Part shown: positions 1 to 13,112 of the stretch, piece after piece
Layout: each line of letters begins with the position of its first letter
Numbering within the stretch: position 1 is the stretch's first letter
Assembly (NCBI RefSeq): GCF_037042905.1
Contig: NC_087263.1
Location: 8,248,001 to 8,312,000, forward strand
Direction of reading: 5' to 3'
Source of the DNA: Lytechinus pictus
Taxonomy: Eukaryota
Length of the DNA stretch: 64,000 nucleotides
Notes under the pieces: model-generated
Told to the model about the DNA's origin: nothing
The model's database searches: none
What the model saw: the letters and a program-made list of their open reading frames with translations, nothing else
Program-made: the position numbers and the translations under genes

Positions 1-1800
1 TTTCTTGGGGAAATGAGTAGTTGCTATGGCAACAGGTCATTTGCAATGTTGATGTTTATCGAATTCAATTATTACCAAGGCAACTTCAATGTTTATCATT
101 CTTAGAATGATAAATAGTTCATGCAGAACACTCATTGTATTGTTTCCCCTAGATTAATTGAGGTCAATCCTGATGCATACAGTGATGCACATCAAGAGAA
201 TTTTCATTGTATTTTTCACCTGTCCATATCCTTGTCATCCATGTTGTTTTTTTAATTAGATGTTATCTGGTTGCCATGGCAATGGCTTAAGATGTTATAT
301 TTATAAATTTAGTCACATATATATCTCGATTAGTACCTTAAAATTATTGAAAATGGAAAGATGATCATACATGTCTGTATTCTAAATTCTTATCAATATT
401 TTTACTTTTCTAGAGGGAAATAAGCTGTTGCCATGGCAACGAGCCCTTTGTAACATTTAAAAAAGAATTTAATCCAAGTGTTACCAATGCAACATAAGTT
501 CATATCTTTTTAAAGAACTCCTGCAGAACATTTTAAGTACTTTTTGTTCAAATGAGGGGGTCAAAAGTTAAGCATACAGATTAAGTCAATTCTAATTGTA
601 TTTTCCACCTGTCCATTGTGTTGTCAACCATGTTATTTTTTTTTTCAAATTAGATTAATTTGGTTGCCATGACAATGGCTTCAGATATTGTTTGTATGTT
701 AACAGCAAACATATCAATTCTTACCATTAAATTAGGGGAAATGAAAGAAAAATCAGAGTCCAAAGTCCTTTTTCTAATCAAAACTAGAACTTTTTTGCGT
801 AAATGAGCCGTTGCTATGGCAACAGGTCATTTGCAACATTGATATTTATCGTTGAATTCAAGTGTTACTAAGGTAACATCAATGTTTATCATTCTAATTA
901 GTTCATGAAGAACACTCACTGTATACTGTTTCCCCTAAATTAATTGAGTAGGTCAAAACTTATGCATAAAAGTTATTTTCATTGGATTTTTCACCTATCC
1001 ATAACCCTGTTATCCCTGTCATTGATTTTTTTTTAATTAGATGTTATTTGGTTGCCATGGCAATGGCTTAAGATGTTATATTTATAAATGCAGTCACAAA
1101 CATATATTTTTATTAGTTCCTTAAAAATATTGAAAATGGAATGATGATCGTATTCTACATTTTTATCAATATTTTTACCTTTCTAGATGGAAATATGCTG
1201 TTGCCATGGCAACGGGATCTTTGCAACATTTGTTTTTAAAATTTAATTCAAGCATTACCAAGGCAACATAATGTTTTATCTTTATAAAGAACTCCTGCAG
1301 AACACTTTCTGTATTTTTTGTTCAAATGAGGGGGTCAAAACTTAAGCATACAGATTAAGTCATTTCCAGTTGTATTTTCCACCTGTCCATTGTCTTGTTA
1401 ACCATTTAATTTTTGTAAATTGATGTTATTTGGTTGCCATGGCAACGGCTTGAGATGTAGTTTATACATTGAGCAACCAAAATATCATTGTTCAACACTG
1501 TAAAATTAGGGAAAATTAAAGATAAATCCTATTCTACAACGTTTTTTTAATCAGTTTTGTTATTTTTCTGGGGAAAAACAAGTCGTTGCCATGGCAACGG
1601 ACCAATTGGAACTATCTTGTTAATTTTGAATGTTTCTAAATTTTATATATATTCATTTGGGAGCTTAAAAATTATCATTTTGGTCATCTATATCATGTTT
1701 ATTTACCATTTACATGGGAATGTATGTCATTTTTGAGAAATTAATCCGTTGCCATGGCAACGGCCGAAAATGGCATTTTAAAATTTACCTCCCATCTTTA
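1..1800. repeat. Tandem repeat, ~390-bp monomer in a ~790-bp dimer, with 10 copies of the palindrome GTTGC(C/T)ATG(G/A)CAA(C/T) (RFX X-box consensus)
   Basis: Motifs at 20, 270, 427, 663, 810, 1051, 1200, 1433, 1585, 1748. Sequence 1-60 recurs at ~791-850. Confidence 0.85.
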
Positions 1801-2638
1801 AAATAAATCTTAGGGCATATACTTATACTTGTGAAAGTTTCATGCTTTAGTCAAAATTTGCACAATTGTTCGGCTAATAAAAAGATGAGACAAAGAAATA
1901 AGCGCCAAAAGGGGAGGCAAAACAAAGTTGAAAAGAACAAAGAAGAGAGAAGCAGACTGTGAGAAAAGCAAACATGCAAGCATCTCTGTAGTGATGTTGT
2001 ATATACCTGCAAGTTCATTGCAATAAACAAGGAACAATGAAAGGATGTTTCTCAATATAAGAATGTGTTTGCCAAGTAGATTTGGACAGAAAATGAGTTG
2101 GCTTGCTCTGTGAATGTACAGTATTGTAGTACATACACATGGCGTGAACAAGTGAGAATATATGAAATCGGAAATAAAAGAAAGAATTTATATACATATA
2201 CAGAATGTTGAAATATAAATGAAAATATATACAAGGAAAGAATATATAGATGTAGATATATAAAAAGATATAGTCAAGTCACTACACTGTTATTGTTCCT
2301 CTCATTACCTTACCCCACAATCACATTCATCAAGTTTCTCATGTTAATACTTTGTAATCGGACCAAGTCGGTAAACCAAGCTCAAACAAACCAATCATAC
2401 CATCAACCAGGTTCAAGCCAACAAACCGTATCAAATATCTCAACCAACTTATTAATATTCTAATACTCAGTAATAAATCCCAACCAACAAAATAAAAGCT
2501 CAATAATCAAACCCGACCACTAAGCATGTCCCAACTTATCATGGTAATCAGACCAACCAAGTTAATAATCAAGCCCAAACTATCCCAAACAAACCAACCA
2601 ACGGTAAGGCTTATCAATGTAAAAACCGATTTCAAAAC

Positions 2639-2943
2639 TGTGATATTTATGGGTTCTTGTATACAGGCAGATTACAAAGGAAGCAAGAGACAAGAGGTTT
2701 ATATTTTAGATGTTTATTCACTCAACTCTCAGTAGCAAGTGGGTTGATGATTCAGCATCTCATGGAATACAGGCATCCTATTGTTTAAGTTGTGAGGGGT
2801 TATCACAGAGGCATATTACATAATACAAGGTATCTACACTGGCATACTGGTATGTGATTGGGCATCTCACAGAGATGGAATGTCAGCTTGTTACTAGGGG
2901 ACTAGTAGTCTGGTTATGCAGACTGCATTACACATTTATTACA
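2639..2943 (-). repeat. 3' LTR of the Gypsy element
   Basis: Near-identical to 7978-8293; adjacent PPT. Confidence 0.95.
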
Positions 2944-3540
2944 TCTCCCTTTTTTTTTAAAAACACAAGTTTTAGTTCCACAAGTTGATTTTGGTGAATC
3001 GTTTACAGTGCCAGCTTAGATTTACAGTAATTATAAAAATAGTGATTTGCATAACATTAATTGACATGCATATTAACTAAAAGATAATATTCATAAATGA
3101 ATCCAATGTCGTATCTCAAATTTACAGTGATTGCTGTTCAATCAATTTCATGTTTTCAGATTCTTTAATTGAATTTTCATGTAACTTAAATTATGAAGAT
3201 TCTATGGCGTACAATTTATCATCATGATAGAGATTCGATTTAATAGAATATTCATCTCTTAACAACTTACACCTGAAAGCTGTTTGGTATTTGTTAACAT
3301 TGTGTTTAAAATGATCCAAAACAATTTAAACATTTTGAGATCCATGTGTTTAAAATAGAAATGAAGGAAACATATTAATTATAGTTTCACTAATAACTAA
3401 ATACATATACTAGTACATTTAACTTCTATGTATTAGTATTTAAAACAATTACATTAAAACGGATAATCAAGATCATAGTCATTTCGTTCCAAGTCAGATT
3501 CATGTGCAATAACAGTACTTATTGACAAGTTGTTTATACA

Positions 3541-5141
3541 TCAATTTGATGTATATCTTCGACCAGATCTTTTTGTCGAATATGAGTTGTCATTTGATAT
3601 TACATTACTCTTTTCTTTTGGTTTGTGATCAGAACCTTTTCGTAGATCGATTCTGTTTCTACGGTACTGTTTTCCATCACATTCTACTACATAGCTTCTA
3701 GGTAACATAGCTTTCTTTACTACTTTTGCATCCTTCCAAAGTTTGTTTGGCATTTTCATCATCACTTTCTCACCTTCTCTGAGTTGTGGGAGTTGTTTTG
3801 TACCTCTGTCAAAGTACTTTTTCTGTTTTTGTTGTTTTGCTTCCAAATTCTTTTTGACATTTTTCACAACTTTTGGGACCAACAATTTTCGAGATGTTGG
3901 TAGAGTAGTTCTTGTCCTTCTCTGAAAGAGCATTTGTGCTGGGCTGGCATTTAGATCATTGATTGGTGTATTCCTATAGTCTAATAATGCCAGATATGGA
4001 TCTTTGCCATCTTTCTTTGCTTTTTTCAAGAGGTTATTGGCTATTTGCACTGTTTTTTCTGCCTTCCCATTGCTTGGGGGAAAGTGAGGTGAAGATGTGA
4101 CATGCCTGAACTGATATATTCTAGCAAACTCTTGAAATTGCTCACTAGTGAATTGTGTGCCATTGTCAGATATTACAATTTCAGGGATTCCGTAACGAGC
4201 AAAGTGTTGTTTACATACTTCAATCACTTTTGCACTAGAAATGGTACTCAGCTGGTTGACCTCAAAAAAGCTAGAATAGTAATCTACGATCAGCATGTAT
4301 GTCTTACTGTCAATCTCAAATAAATCCATTCCAACTTTTTGCCATGGGCATTCTGGTTTGGGTTGCCCAAGCATTGGTTCACTTGATTGTTTAGGCCTAA
4401 ATTCAGCACAAGTACTACATTTCTCCACTAAGTCTGTGATCTGTTGGCTCATTCCTGGCCAATACACCACATCTTTTGCAAGGCGCTTAGTTTTTTCCAT
4501 GCCTTGATGAGCCTGGTGTAATTTGTTTAGAACATATGGTCTCATTGATTGAGGTATTATTACCCTGTTTGATTTGAAAAGCAGCTCATTTTCTACTGTC
4601 AGCTCTTCTCTTATTGTCCAGTATTGCCTGACTTTTGGATTTGTTTGGCTTATTTTGTCTGGCCAACCATTTTTTATTGTTCGTTTTAGAAGTTGAAGTT
4701 CTTCGTCTTTCTGTGTTTCTTCTTTGAGTTCAACCAACTTTTCATTTGTGATTGGTATGCTTTCAACCATGCACACTGGTACATCTTCATTTGTCACTGG
4801 TTCTGTTACATTGAGAAAATTTCTACTCAAGGCATCAGCCACGTACAGATACTTGCCTTTAACGTAGACAACATTCAAACTGTATTTCTGTAGTTGTAGC
4901 AGCATTTTCTGTAGCCGCATTGGGGCTGTGTATAGTGGCTTCTTGAAAATTGCCTCAAGAGGGCGATGATCAGTTTGCACGGTAACAGTCCTACCGAAAA
5001 TATAGTTATGGAATTTTTTGCATCCAAAAACTATTGCTGCCAACTCTTTTTCTATTTGAGCCCAGTTTTTCTGAGTGGGCGTGAATGCTTTTGATGCATA
5101 GGCAACTGGTAACTCATCTTGTAGGAGCACTGCTCCTGTTC
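3541..5141 (-). CDS. Gag-Pol, C-terminal part: RNase H and integrase
   Basis: ORF 3541-5250: GAVLLQ..AYASK, EKELAAI, TDHRPL, ADALSR (RNase H); HQAH..CSTC zinc finger; DLF / SDNG / SNGKAEK DDE integrase. Confidence 0.93.
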
Positions 5142-5692
5142 CCCGGGGGGGCCACTTCCATTCACGAGTGGATACCATGCGCGACCATGGGGTCTCGAAA
5201 AGCACCCTAAACACGTAATTTCCATATTCTGAAAATGCGCCCCTTAACAAGTATTGGCGTGTGAAACCCTACCCTTAACAAGTATTGGTAACAAAACGAT
5301 ACTCTTGGCAAATGTTCCCTGAAATGAACCCCTAAACAAGTACAGGAATGTTTTATTGTTACGGGTCCTTCGGTCGTCGGCTTTACCTTATTTGGTTTAG
5401 TACGACCCCACCTTCTACACCTCGCGCAAATCGGACTCTAAACACGAAGTGTTGGGGCAAAAAGGACATCCTTTATAAAACATTTTAATTTTGTTTTATC
5501 ATTCCCGCGAATTCGACCCTAAACACGTAATTTTCCTAGCGAAATAGATACCCTTTTTTCATTATTTTTGTGTTTTTGACACCCTTATCACGTTACGTAC
5601 GTAACGTGCCCTATCGTGAAAAAGACATCCTTTTTACGTGTTTTTTTGGTCGCGCATGGTATCCACTCGTCAATGTAAGTGGCCCCCCCGGG
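5142..5692. mobile_element. 551-bp MITE inserted in the Gypsy RNase H
   Basis: ~45-bp TIRs (CCCGGGGGGGCCACTT..GTGGATACCATGCGCGACCA and its reverse complement). 8-bp TSD TCCTGTTC at 5134-5141 and 5693-5700. Confidence 0.95.
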
Positions 5693-7948
5693 TCCTGTTC
5701 CCGACTGAGAACTATCTACGCTTAGTGTTACATCTTTGTTTACATCATAGTATTGCAGTGTAGGTGCCTGAGTGATCATGGTTTTGAGTTCGTTGAAGCA
5801 TTTTTCTTGTTTTCCAGTCCACTCCCATTTTGCATTCTTGTCCAGCAACTCTCTGAGAGCCGCTGTTTTCTCAGACAGGTTTGGAACGAATTTGCTGAGA
5901 TACGTCACCATTCCAAGAAACTGTTGGATTCCAGTTTTGTCTGTGGGAGCTTGCATATTTTGGATTGCTTCAATCTTGCTAGGATCTGGTTTGAGACCCT
6001 GTGAGGTTATGATGTGACCCATATACCTAACCTCACTCTGGTTGAACTTGCATTTGTCTCTATTCAACCTTATGTTTACTTCTTCGCATCTCTCCAGAAC
6101 TTTTTCTAGGATCTGGTCATGTTTTTCTTGATCTTTTGCATAGATTAAAATGTCATCCATGATCACTTTGACTCCATCTATGTCTGCAAATGTATCTACC
6201 ATGATTCTTTTAAACAATTCTGGAGCTACATTAATACCAAATGGTAATCTATTGAATTTGTACCGACCAAATTCTGTATTGAACACACAAAGGTCAGAGC
6301 TGTCATTGTCCAACTGAATCATCCAGTACCCACAGTTAGCATCGAGTGTTGAAAACACATTTGCACCTGTTAATTGGTCGCAAATTGCTTCTAGAGTTTG
6401 CATGGGGTAATACTCCCTCTCTAAGGCCTGATTCAAATCAGCTGGATCAAGACAAATCCTCACCTTGCCTGAAGGTTTCACTACTGTACACATACTACTG
6501 ACCCATCCTCTACCTGGATCTGTTACTTTAGTTATTACACCTTCATTTTCCATTCTTTGTAGCTCTTTATTAACCCTATCTCTTAGTGCTACTGGTACTC
6601 TACGTGGGGCATGCACTACAGGGGTTGCATCTTGTTTCAACTTCAATTTTTGCTTTCCTGGCATACATCCAATGCCTTCAAATACATGTCTGTACTTTCT
6701 CTTCAGACCCTCTACTCTAGTGGTTTCAACCTTTACATCTGCATTTACTTCATGTATGGTGATCAAACTTAGGGCTTCACATGTATTCAGACCTATGATT
6801 TCCGTAACTTTATTACCCTTGACTACTTGAAAGTCAATACAATGGAACTTGTTTTTGTACTCACATAACAACGTACACTTTCCTTCTGGTCTGATTGTAT
6901 GTCCACTAAAAGAAGTTAAGGTTACCTTACTTGGTTTTAGTTTTGTCTCTCTGTTGTTACTTGCCAGTCTTTCGAATTTCTCTGCTGATATGACATTACA
7001 TTGGGCTCCAGTGTCCACCTTGAATTTTACTTTGTTCCGGTGAATGTCCAGATGCACATTCCACTCCTTCTTCTGTGGTGTTGTCAACTCATCCATTAGA
7101 AAGTCTTCCTCGACGCTTTGCTGGTCACTAGACTCCTCCTCAGCTAGATGATGCAATGACTGGTTCATGCTCCTGCACATTTTAGCAAAGTGGTTCATCT
7201 TTTTGCATTTTGCACACATTTTGTTAAATGCAGGGCAATTTCTTGGTCCATGTGTGTTACCACATTTCTTGCAACTGAATGTTTTCTTGCTGGAGACTTG
7301 CTGTGCATGTTGTACGCTTGGCTTAGATATTGTCCTTTTCGATTTTTGTGTTTTTCTTTTCACAAAGTTCACTTCTTGTACTAGGCCTGTTTGTGTTGGC
7401 ATGGCTGTGTTATTCAGCCTGTTGACTTGGCTGTTAGTAATTTCGGCTGTTCGACAGGCATCGATTGCCTTTGTCAAGTCTAAGTCTCTTTTCTCCAAAA
7501 GTTTTGACCGCAACGCTATGTCTCTTATTCCGATGATGATCCTATCTTGAATCAAACTTTCTTCCAGATTTTCAAACTCACACGTAGCCGCCAATCGTCG
7601 TAGATCTGTAACAAAGTCATCAAATCGTTCATCTGCTGACTGCACACGCGTGTGAAACAAATGCCGCTCGTATGTTATGTTCTTTTGGGGCAAGAAATGC
7701 TTGTCGAATTTTTCTATCAGCACTTTAATGTCCTCTTTGTCTTCATTTTCTCCGAAGTTGAAAGTATTATGAACGCGAATTGCTTCCGTTCCTGCAACAT
7801 GCAGAAATGTGTTCGCTTGCACTGCCTTCGGCTTGCTTCCAAGTCCACTTGCAACTTTGTATATTTCAAATTGTTGCTTCCAACTTTTCCAGTTTTCTGC
7901 CGGATTTCTTGCTGTGACCAACTCTCCTGGTGGTTTTAAAGCTTGCAT
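5693..7948 (-). CDS. Gag-Pol, N-terminal part: gag with Cys/His knuckles, aspartic protease, reverse transcriptase, start of RNase H
   Basis: ORF 5588-7948: CKKCGNTH..C and CAKCKKMNH..C knuckles, VDTGAQ protease, RT motifs LDANCGYW, LPFG and IMDD, then SVDSSQSGTG before running into the MITE. Confidence 0.93.
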
Positions 7949-7977
7949 CTTGCCTGCATGAAGTTATTCTGACACCA

Positions 7978-8293
7978 TGTGATATTTGTGGGTTCTTGTA
8001 TACAGGCAGATTACAAAGGAAGCAAGAGACAAGAGGTTTATATTTTAGATGTTTATTCACTCAACTCTCAGTAGCAAGTGGGTTGATGATTCAGCATCTC
8101 ATGGAATACAGGCATCCTATTGTTTAAGTTGTGAGGGGTTTACCGTGGTTCATCACAGAGGCATATTACATAATACAAGGTATCTACACTGGCATACTGG
8201 TATGTGATTGGGCATCTCACAGAGATGGAATGTCAGCTTGTTACTAGGGGACTAGTAGTCTGGTTATGCAGACTGCATTACACATTTATTACA
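7978..8293 (-). repeat. 5' LTR of the Gypsy element
   Basis: Near-identical to 2639-2943; followed on the minus strand by the PBS. Confidence 0.95.
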
Positions 8294-8797
8294 AAAACCC
8301 ATTAATCAATCTCAACCAACCGTGTCTAAAGGATACCTGTGATATTATATCTGCATGTCGGTAAAAACAGATTTATATCTCATTAACAAGTCTATTTATC
8401 CAGTTAATTCACAAGAAAAAAAAAATCACTGTATTATCTACTTCATACAAACGAATTATGACAGATGTAAGCACTGTCAGGTGTCGGAAAGCTTTTTTAT
8501 GGTCAATCATACCCTTGATTTTTTTTTTATTGATATAAATGTGCGAGGTTTCCACATTTCTAAATTGCTCCAATGTCATATCTTGATATTTCCCCTGTTC
8601 CACATGTTTGTGTGCACCTTATGTTCCGTTTTTTTAGAACTGAATTCGTACAAACTCATTATGCCAGGAAAATGTGTATAAAAAAGCAACGGCCTATCAA
8701 AGGAAATTTGTCGTTCTTCCTATGGAAGTATTTGTCATGAATTACCTCTCCTTTATACAATGTACGTTCCTCTTATTGCACTTGTTTAAATTTACAG

Positions 8798-8929
8798 AAT
8801 GTCCTCCAGGAAAGTTCGGTGTTGACTGTCTTCAAGACTGTCACTGTGCAGGAGGGGTGCCATGTGATTCTTTCACTGGAAGATGTGAAGGAAGCTGTGA
8901 GGATGGATGGTCAGGAGAAGGCTGTCACG
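8798..8929 (+). CDS. RPTP exon, EGF-like repeat
   Basis: CPPGKFGVDCLQDCHCAGGVPCDSFTGRCEGSCEDGWSGEGCH; ag/gt boundaries, phase 1-1. Confidence 0.9.
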
Positions 8930-9662
8930 GTATGGTTAATTGATGGATAGCATCAGCTATGACACAGAAATGTATCGGTCCATGCACAAGCAAAATAGAG
9001 TCACTATTGTCCCCAGACAATTTGGCCCATGAAATGCTTTGTAAGATCTGATGCTGGATTCGCGCCTGGACCGGGTCCTGTTTCATAATGTTAATAAGAT
9101 TTCAAAGCTACTGAGACTGTTCGATATGATTTGTTGATAGTTAACATGTTATAGCAACTTTTCGTTTGTTATCATACCAAATCTTTATGAGACGGGAGCC
9201 AGGCTATTATCTCGTTATTTGACTCATTTTGTGTAAGATCGTAATGTAGTTTTTTGCTACAATTACATTTTATAGGTTTTTACTGTTACATACAGAATAG
9301 TCAAGTTTATACTTTGGTAAGATTTTATGGTCTGCAACATCACATATAGACCTAATGGATAAGACCATAGTGTAAACATTTGCGTACAGTTTTTGGGCAC
9401 TGAAATTATTTTTCATTTGACAGCTGTAGTCATTGCACCAGGCCAACATCCAGCTGATTTCGTCAATATTCGTATTGGGAATGGTGGATTCAGCTATGCA
9501 GCTCATAAGCCGTGAAACTAACTATGAGGAGGGCCTGTTTTATTCCTGTCTAAAACTAACCTTTGTAGGGAATCATTTAACAAACAAGCAATTGAATTTT
9601 CTTTCAAAGCGCATTAAAGATTAGCTATGAAAAGCACCCTGTTGTCATTATTATCACCACAG

Positions 9663-9833
9663 TTCCATCCGTGTGTCCTGTTGGTTACTCTGGAATCAAT
9701 TGCACGAAGTTCTGTAACTGTCCTGATCTGTCAGAATGCGAGAATGATTCTGGGTTCTGTTCATCATCAGAGGGACAATGTGAGGTTGGCTTTGTCGCTG
9801 AAACACCAGAAAAGCCAGACAGATGTTTCACAT
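9663..9833 (+). CDS. RPTP exon, EGF-like repeat
   Basis: VCPVGYSGINCTKFCNCPDLSECENDSGFC..CEVGF..RCFT; phase 1-1. Confidence 0.88.
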
Positions 9834-10451
9834 GTAAGATATTTCCATATTTCATTAATGACTAATAATTTACTATGCATAAAATGTGTAAGCAGTAACA
9901 ACTCAATACTGGTCCGAAAGATGTCAATTCAGTTGTGTATTATTATTTACCCCCAACTCATGTATACAACGCCTATAGTTCATAAGAGGAATCCTACTTG
10001 GTACCAATTCACCTTTTTGGTAAAGTTCGGTACAATCGGGTACGAAAAATGGACGCCTTAGCTGTGATCCGAACGCACTACCTTGTTTCAATGGCAAAGT
10101 CAGACCCATGACGCTTACACATAAGACAAGATTTCACGTTTCACAGTCATAATATAGGATATTGGTCATGTTGGTAGATCTTATTATTTTTCCAACTCCC
10201 AACACCTTTAATGTTGAAATGACAGGCTGACACAAGGCAAATGGCATGAATCACGTTTTGAACAATAAACTGCATTCCGGGGAAGAGTAATGTACAGTAT
10301 ACATGGTATAGAGAACTAAGTATTAATTATCATGCACTTAATATATCTAGCATTATTATTACTATTATCATCATGATTATTATTATGATGATGATCATCA
10401 TCATTATAATTACAATTAACAGTTATTTTGAACTTTGCTTACGCCTTGTAG

Positions 10452-10574
10452 TTGTTGGGTGTTTCGAGTCCTGTTCTAAGACATGCCATTGTGCTGCTAC
10501 CGACACGTGTGACGACGAGTCAGGTTCGTGCACTTCATGTCATCCACGATGGTCGGGAGACAATTGCCAAACAG
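10452..10574 (+). CDS. RPTP exon, EGF-like repeat
   Basis: GCFESCSKTCHCAATDTCDDESGSCTSCHPRWSGDNCQT; phase 1-1. Confidence 0.88.
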
Positions 10575-11040
10575 GTTAGTATCGAAGGGCTATTCTAATT
10601 TTAATTTGTTACTTCTAAGAAATGACCACCTGATTACTTATGAAAAACACAAATACGTGTACTTTTTAGAGGTAAACTCTATCAAAAGAGCAAGTCCTCA
10701 AGATTAAAATACATGTACCTTAAAAACAATAGTACCAAACTGCTTAACCACATAGTTCGTAGGAGAACGTCATCAACATTTCGTGTTCGGGAATGAGCAG
10801 TGCCAGAAATGACAGTCTCAGTCCCTCAAATAATTGAAATATCGATTCCAAAGTTTTTAATCTGCTTGAATTAGTTAAAGAGTACACAATATCACTTTCC
10901 TTAATAATGGATTATGCAAACAACATTTTACTTGCAGGATATGCTGCATTTTGCATCGCCATTATACAGTTCTTGAGACGTAATATTCATGAACCCAGCA
11001 TTAAGATATCGCTTTTTCTGTTTCACACTTTTTTCTAAAG

Positions 11041-11331
11041 ATCGTTTTACCGCTACTAGAGAAAAGACGAATCCAGGCATTGCAATCATTTCCTGCACAT
11101 TCGCTACCGATTTAGACGATGGCCTCTCCATGAGAGCTGCTATTGGGGACTTCACAACTGAAAGTTTCGTTACTGCTACTTATACTGACACAAGTGATGG
11201 ATCATCGTTGCAATCGAACTTTACACTTTCCATCGATGACATAGAAACTAAAACAATTTACTGTTTCGTTGGCAACTTAACCAGTGACGATGGATTTGCT
11301 TATGTCAGCCTGCCCCCTCATGGGACATTCG
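11041..11331 (+). CDS. RPTP exon, probable Ig-like domain
   Basis: Open 291-bp exon with IISC..TIYCFVG cysteine pair; phase 1-1. Confidence 0.8.
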
Positions 11332-11484
11332 GTAGGTCCTTTGGTGAGGAATGAATAATCTAAGAACATCCTTGATCTATAAGTATACCTTAATGTAGCT
11401 GACCATTCTCTACCAAGCGAAAATACTAAAGGCCAAAGGTATTTACGATACGGGATTTGTTGTGAGAAAGGTTTTAATATTTAA

Positions 11485-11960
11485 AGGGATGCTCCGGACT
11501 GAAAATATTTTTATCTAAATAAATAGAATAAAGTTCACAGAGCAAAATTATAAACATTTCATCAAAATCGGAACACAAATAACGAAGTTATTCAATTTTA
11601 AAGTTTAGCAATATATTGTGAAAACGGTTTTAGGCATGTCGTCATGAATATTCACTAGGCGGGCTAATGATGTCACATCTCCACATTCCTTTTTTCTTAT
11701 ATTACTACATGAAATCATAATTGTTAAATGATATGTCTCCATTTCGTTAAAATAAGTTGCAGCAATAGATAACTAATGCACTTCATCAGTTGTCAATCCA
11801 ATTATTTTAGTTCTTGGTAGACAATATTTTAATAAACCTTATTTCATGTAATAAAATACAAAATAACAAGTAGGGATATGACATCATCAGCCCACCTACT
11901 GAATATTCATGAAGACATGCCTAGAACTGTTTCATCAGAATAATGAAAATCTTCAATAAC
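11485..11960. mobile_element. Degenerate TTAA-AGG (Kolobok-like) MITE, one end eroded
   Basis: Starts ttaaAGGG. Internal inverted repeat 11630-11690 vs 11870-11930. Resembles the copies at 57120, 58610 and 59944. Confidence 0.6.
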
Positions 11961-12611
11961 TTCATTACCAATATAAGAGAGTAACATTTACTCTTGCCCA
12001 TGGTACAAAAATAATCAATATTACTCAAGAAAAAAAGTGGTTAAATTCTTTGAGAAAGAAAGTCTCACAATTCACGAGATTTTGCAGGGACATGAATTCA
12101 ACCACGAGAGGACTTGGATAGATCTTGCTCATTTGCTCATTAACACAGGGGCTTGCGGACTGACTGTATATAGAAAACCATGGTTTTTATTATAAGGAAG
12201 CTATACATCAAAGAAATATCTGGTATACGTTGGATTTGGTACTAATTTGTCATTATATGGTGGGAAAGGTTTTAAGCAAAGGGCTAAACGCCATTGCAAA
12301 TCGTATTTGGTCTTGGCCAGGGAACACACCCATTCTAATACATGGTGCAGAAACTTTCAGGAATGAGTCGTTCATTTACCTACTTTAAAGTGTTCCGTGC
12401 AGCAATCATTCGCCCTGTCTTGGTGCCAAAAAGGATAATAGGTAATGCTTTTAAAACGGAAACATATTTCGAACCATTGATAATGTTTGAGGTAAGGCTA
12501 CCTTGGGCCTAATTTGGTGTTAGGAGGCCTAGATTTCATCCTTCTTGTCCATAAAAGAAAATTCCTTCAATTTGTATGAAAAGTGTTTGAACTGCTTTTT
12601 GTCCATTTCAG

Positions 12612-13112
12612 TTCTTCCGGTCTTCAACAGCCAGCCAAGGTTAGCAGAACAAGGTTACAAATATTTGGTTATTGCATGGGATTCTTGGAGCCCTGGCGTT
12701 GATGTTGGAGACGACCCTGTCATTGGCTATAAAGTATACGTTTCTTCTTCAGATGGGAACGATACAAACACCTTTATAACGGCATCAGGTGTTCCATCTG
12801 AAAGGCCAGGATCGGTGGCTTCAAGGAAAAGAAGAGGGTATGAAGGATCGATGAAATCTTCCTATGAAGTGTTTACAACGGCGAGGAAAGAACGAGACGG
12901 AAGGCAGATGAAACACCTTCGGGTGGAATCCTTACCCAGGGATTCTTCTCGGAAAAAGAGGCAAGGAGATATAAAAATCCTGATGCACAATATCACTGGT
13001 CTGGACGAGGGTCAGTCGTATGAAATTCGTATTTCAGCAGTTCGTGAGGGGCTGAACGGTGAAGGAGAAATGGGTCCTGCTTTGAGTGTGACCACTCGCG
13101 AGATACCTGTAG
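12612..13112 (+). CDS. RPTP exon, fibronectin type III domain with a basic insert
   Basis: LVIAW..GDDPVIGYKVY..NITGLDEGQSYEIRISAVREG..GEGEMGP; phase 1-1. Confidence 0.9.

Larger units (their letters stand above)
2639..8293 (-). mobile_element. Full-length Ty3/Gypsy LTR retrotransposon (Mag/SURL-like)
   Basis: LTRs 2639-2943 and 7978-8293 (TG..CA), differing by an 11-bp indel and at least one substitution. 5-bp TSD AAAAC at 2634-2638 and 8294-8298. Minus-strand PBS TGGTGTCAGAA (7967-7977, tRNA-Leu-like). Polypurine tract next to the 3' LTR (2944-2958). Confidence 0.97.

Noticed and set aside
1840..2640. Small ORFs and CAACC-rich sequence as candidate 5' exons of the RPTP gene
   Set aside because: Low-complexity sequence with no convincing signal-peptide or domain-bearing exon on the + strand.
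5753..7939. Plus-strand ORFs overlapping Gypsy gag-pol, and minus-strand ORFs over the Ngaro genes
   Set aside because: Antisense shadows of real coding frames.
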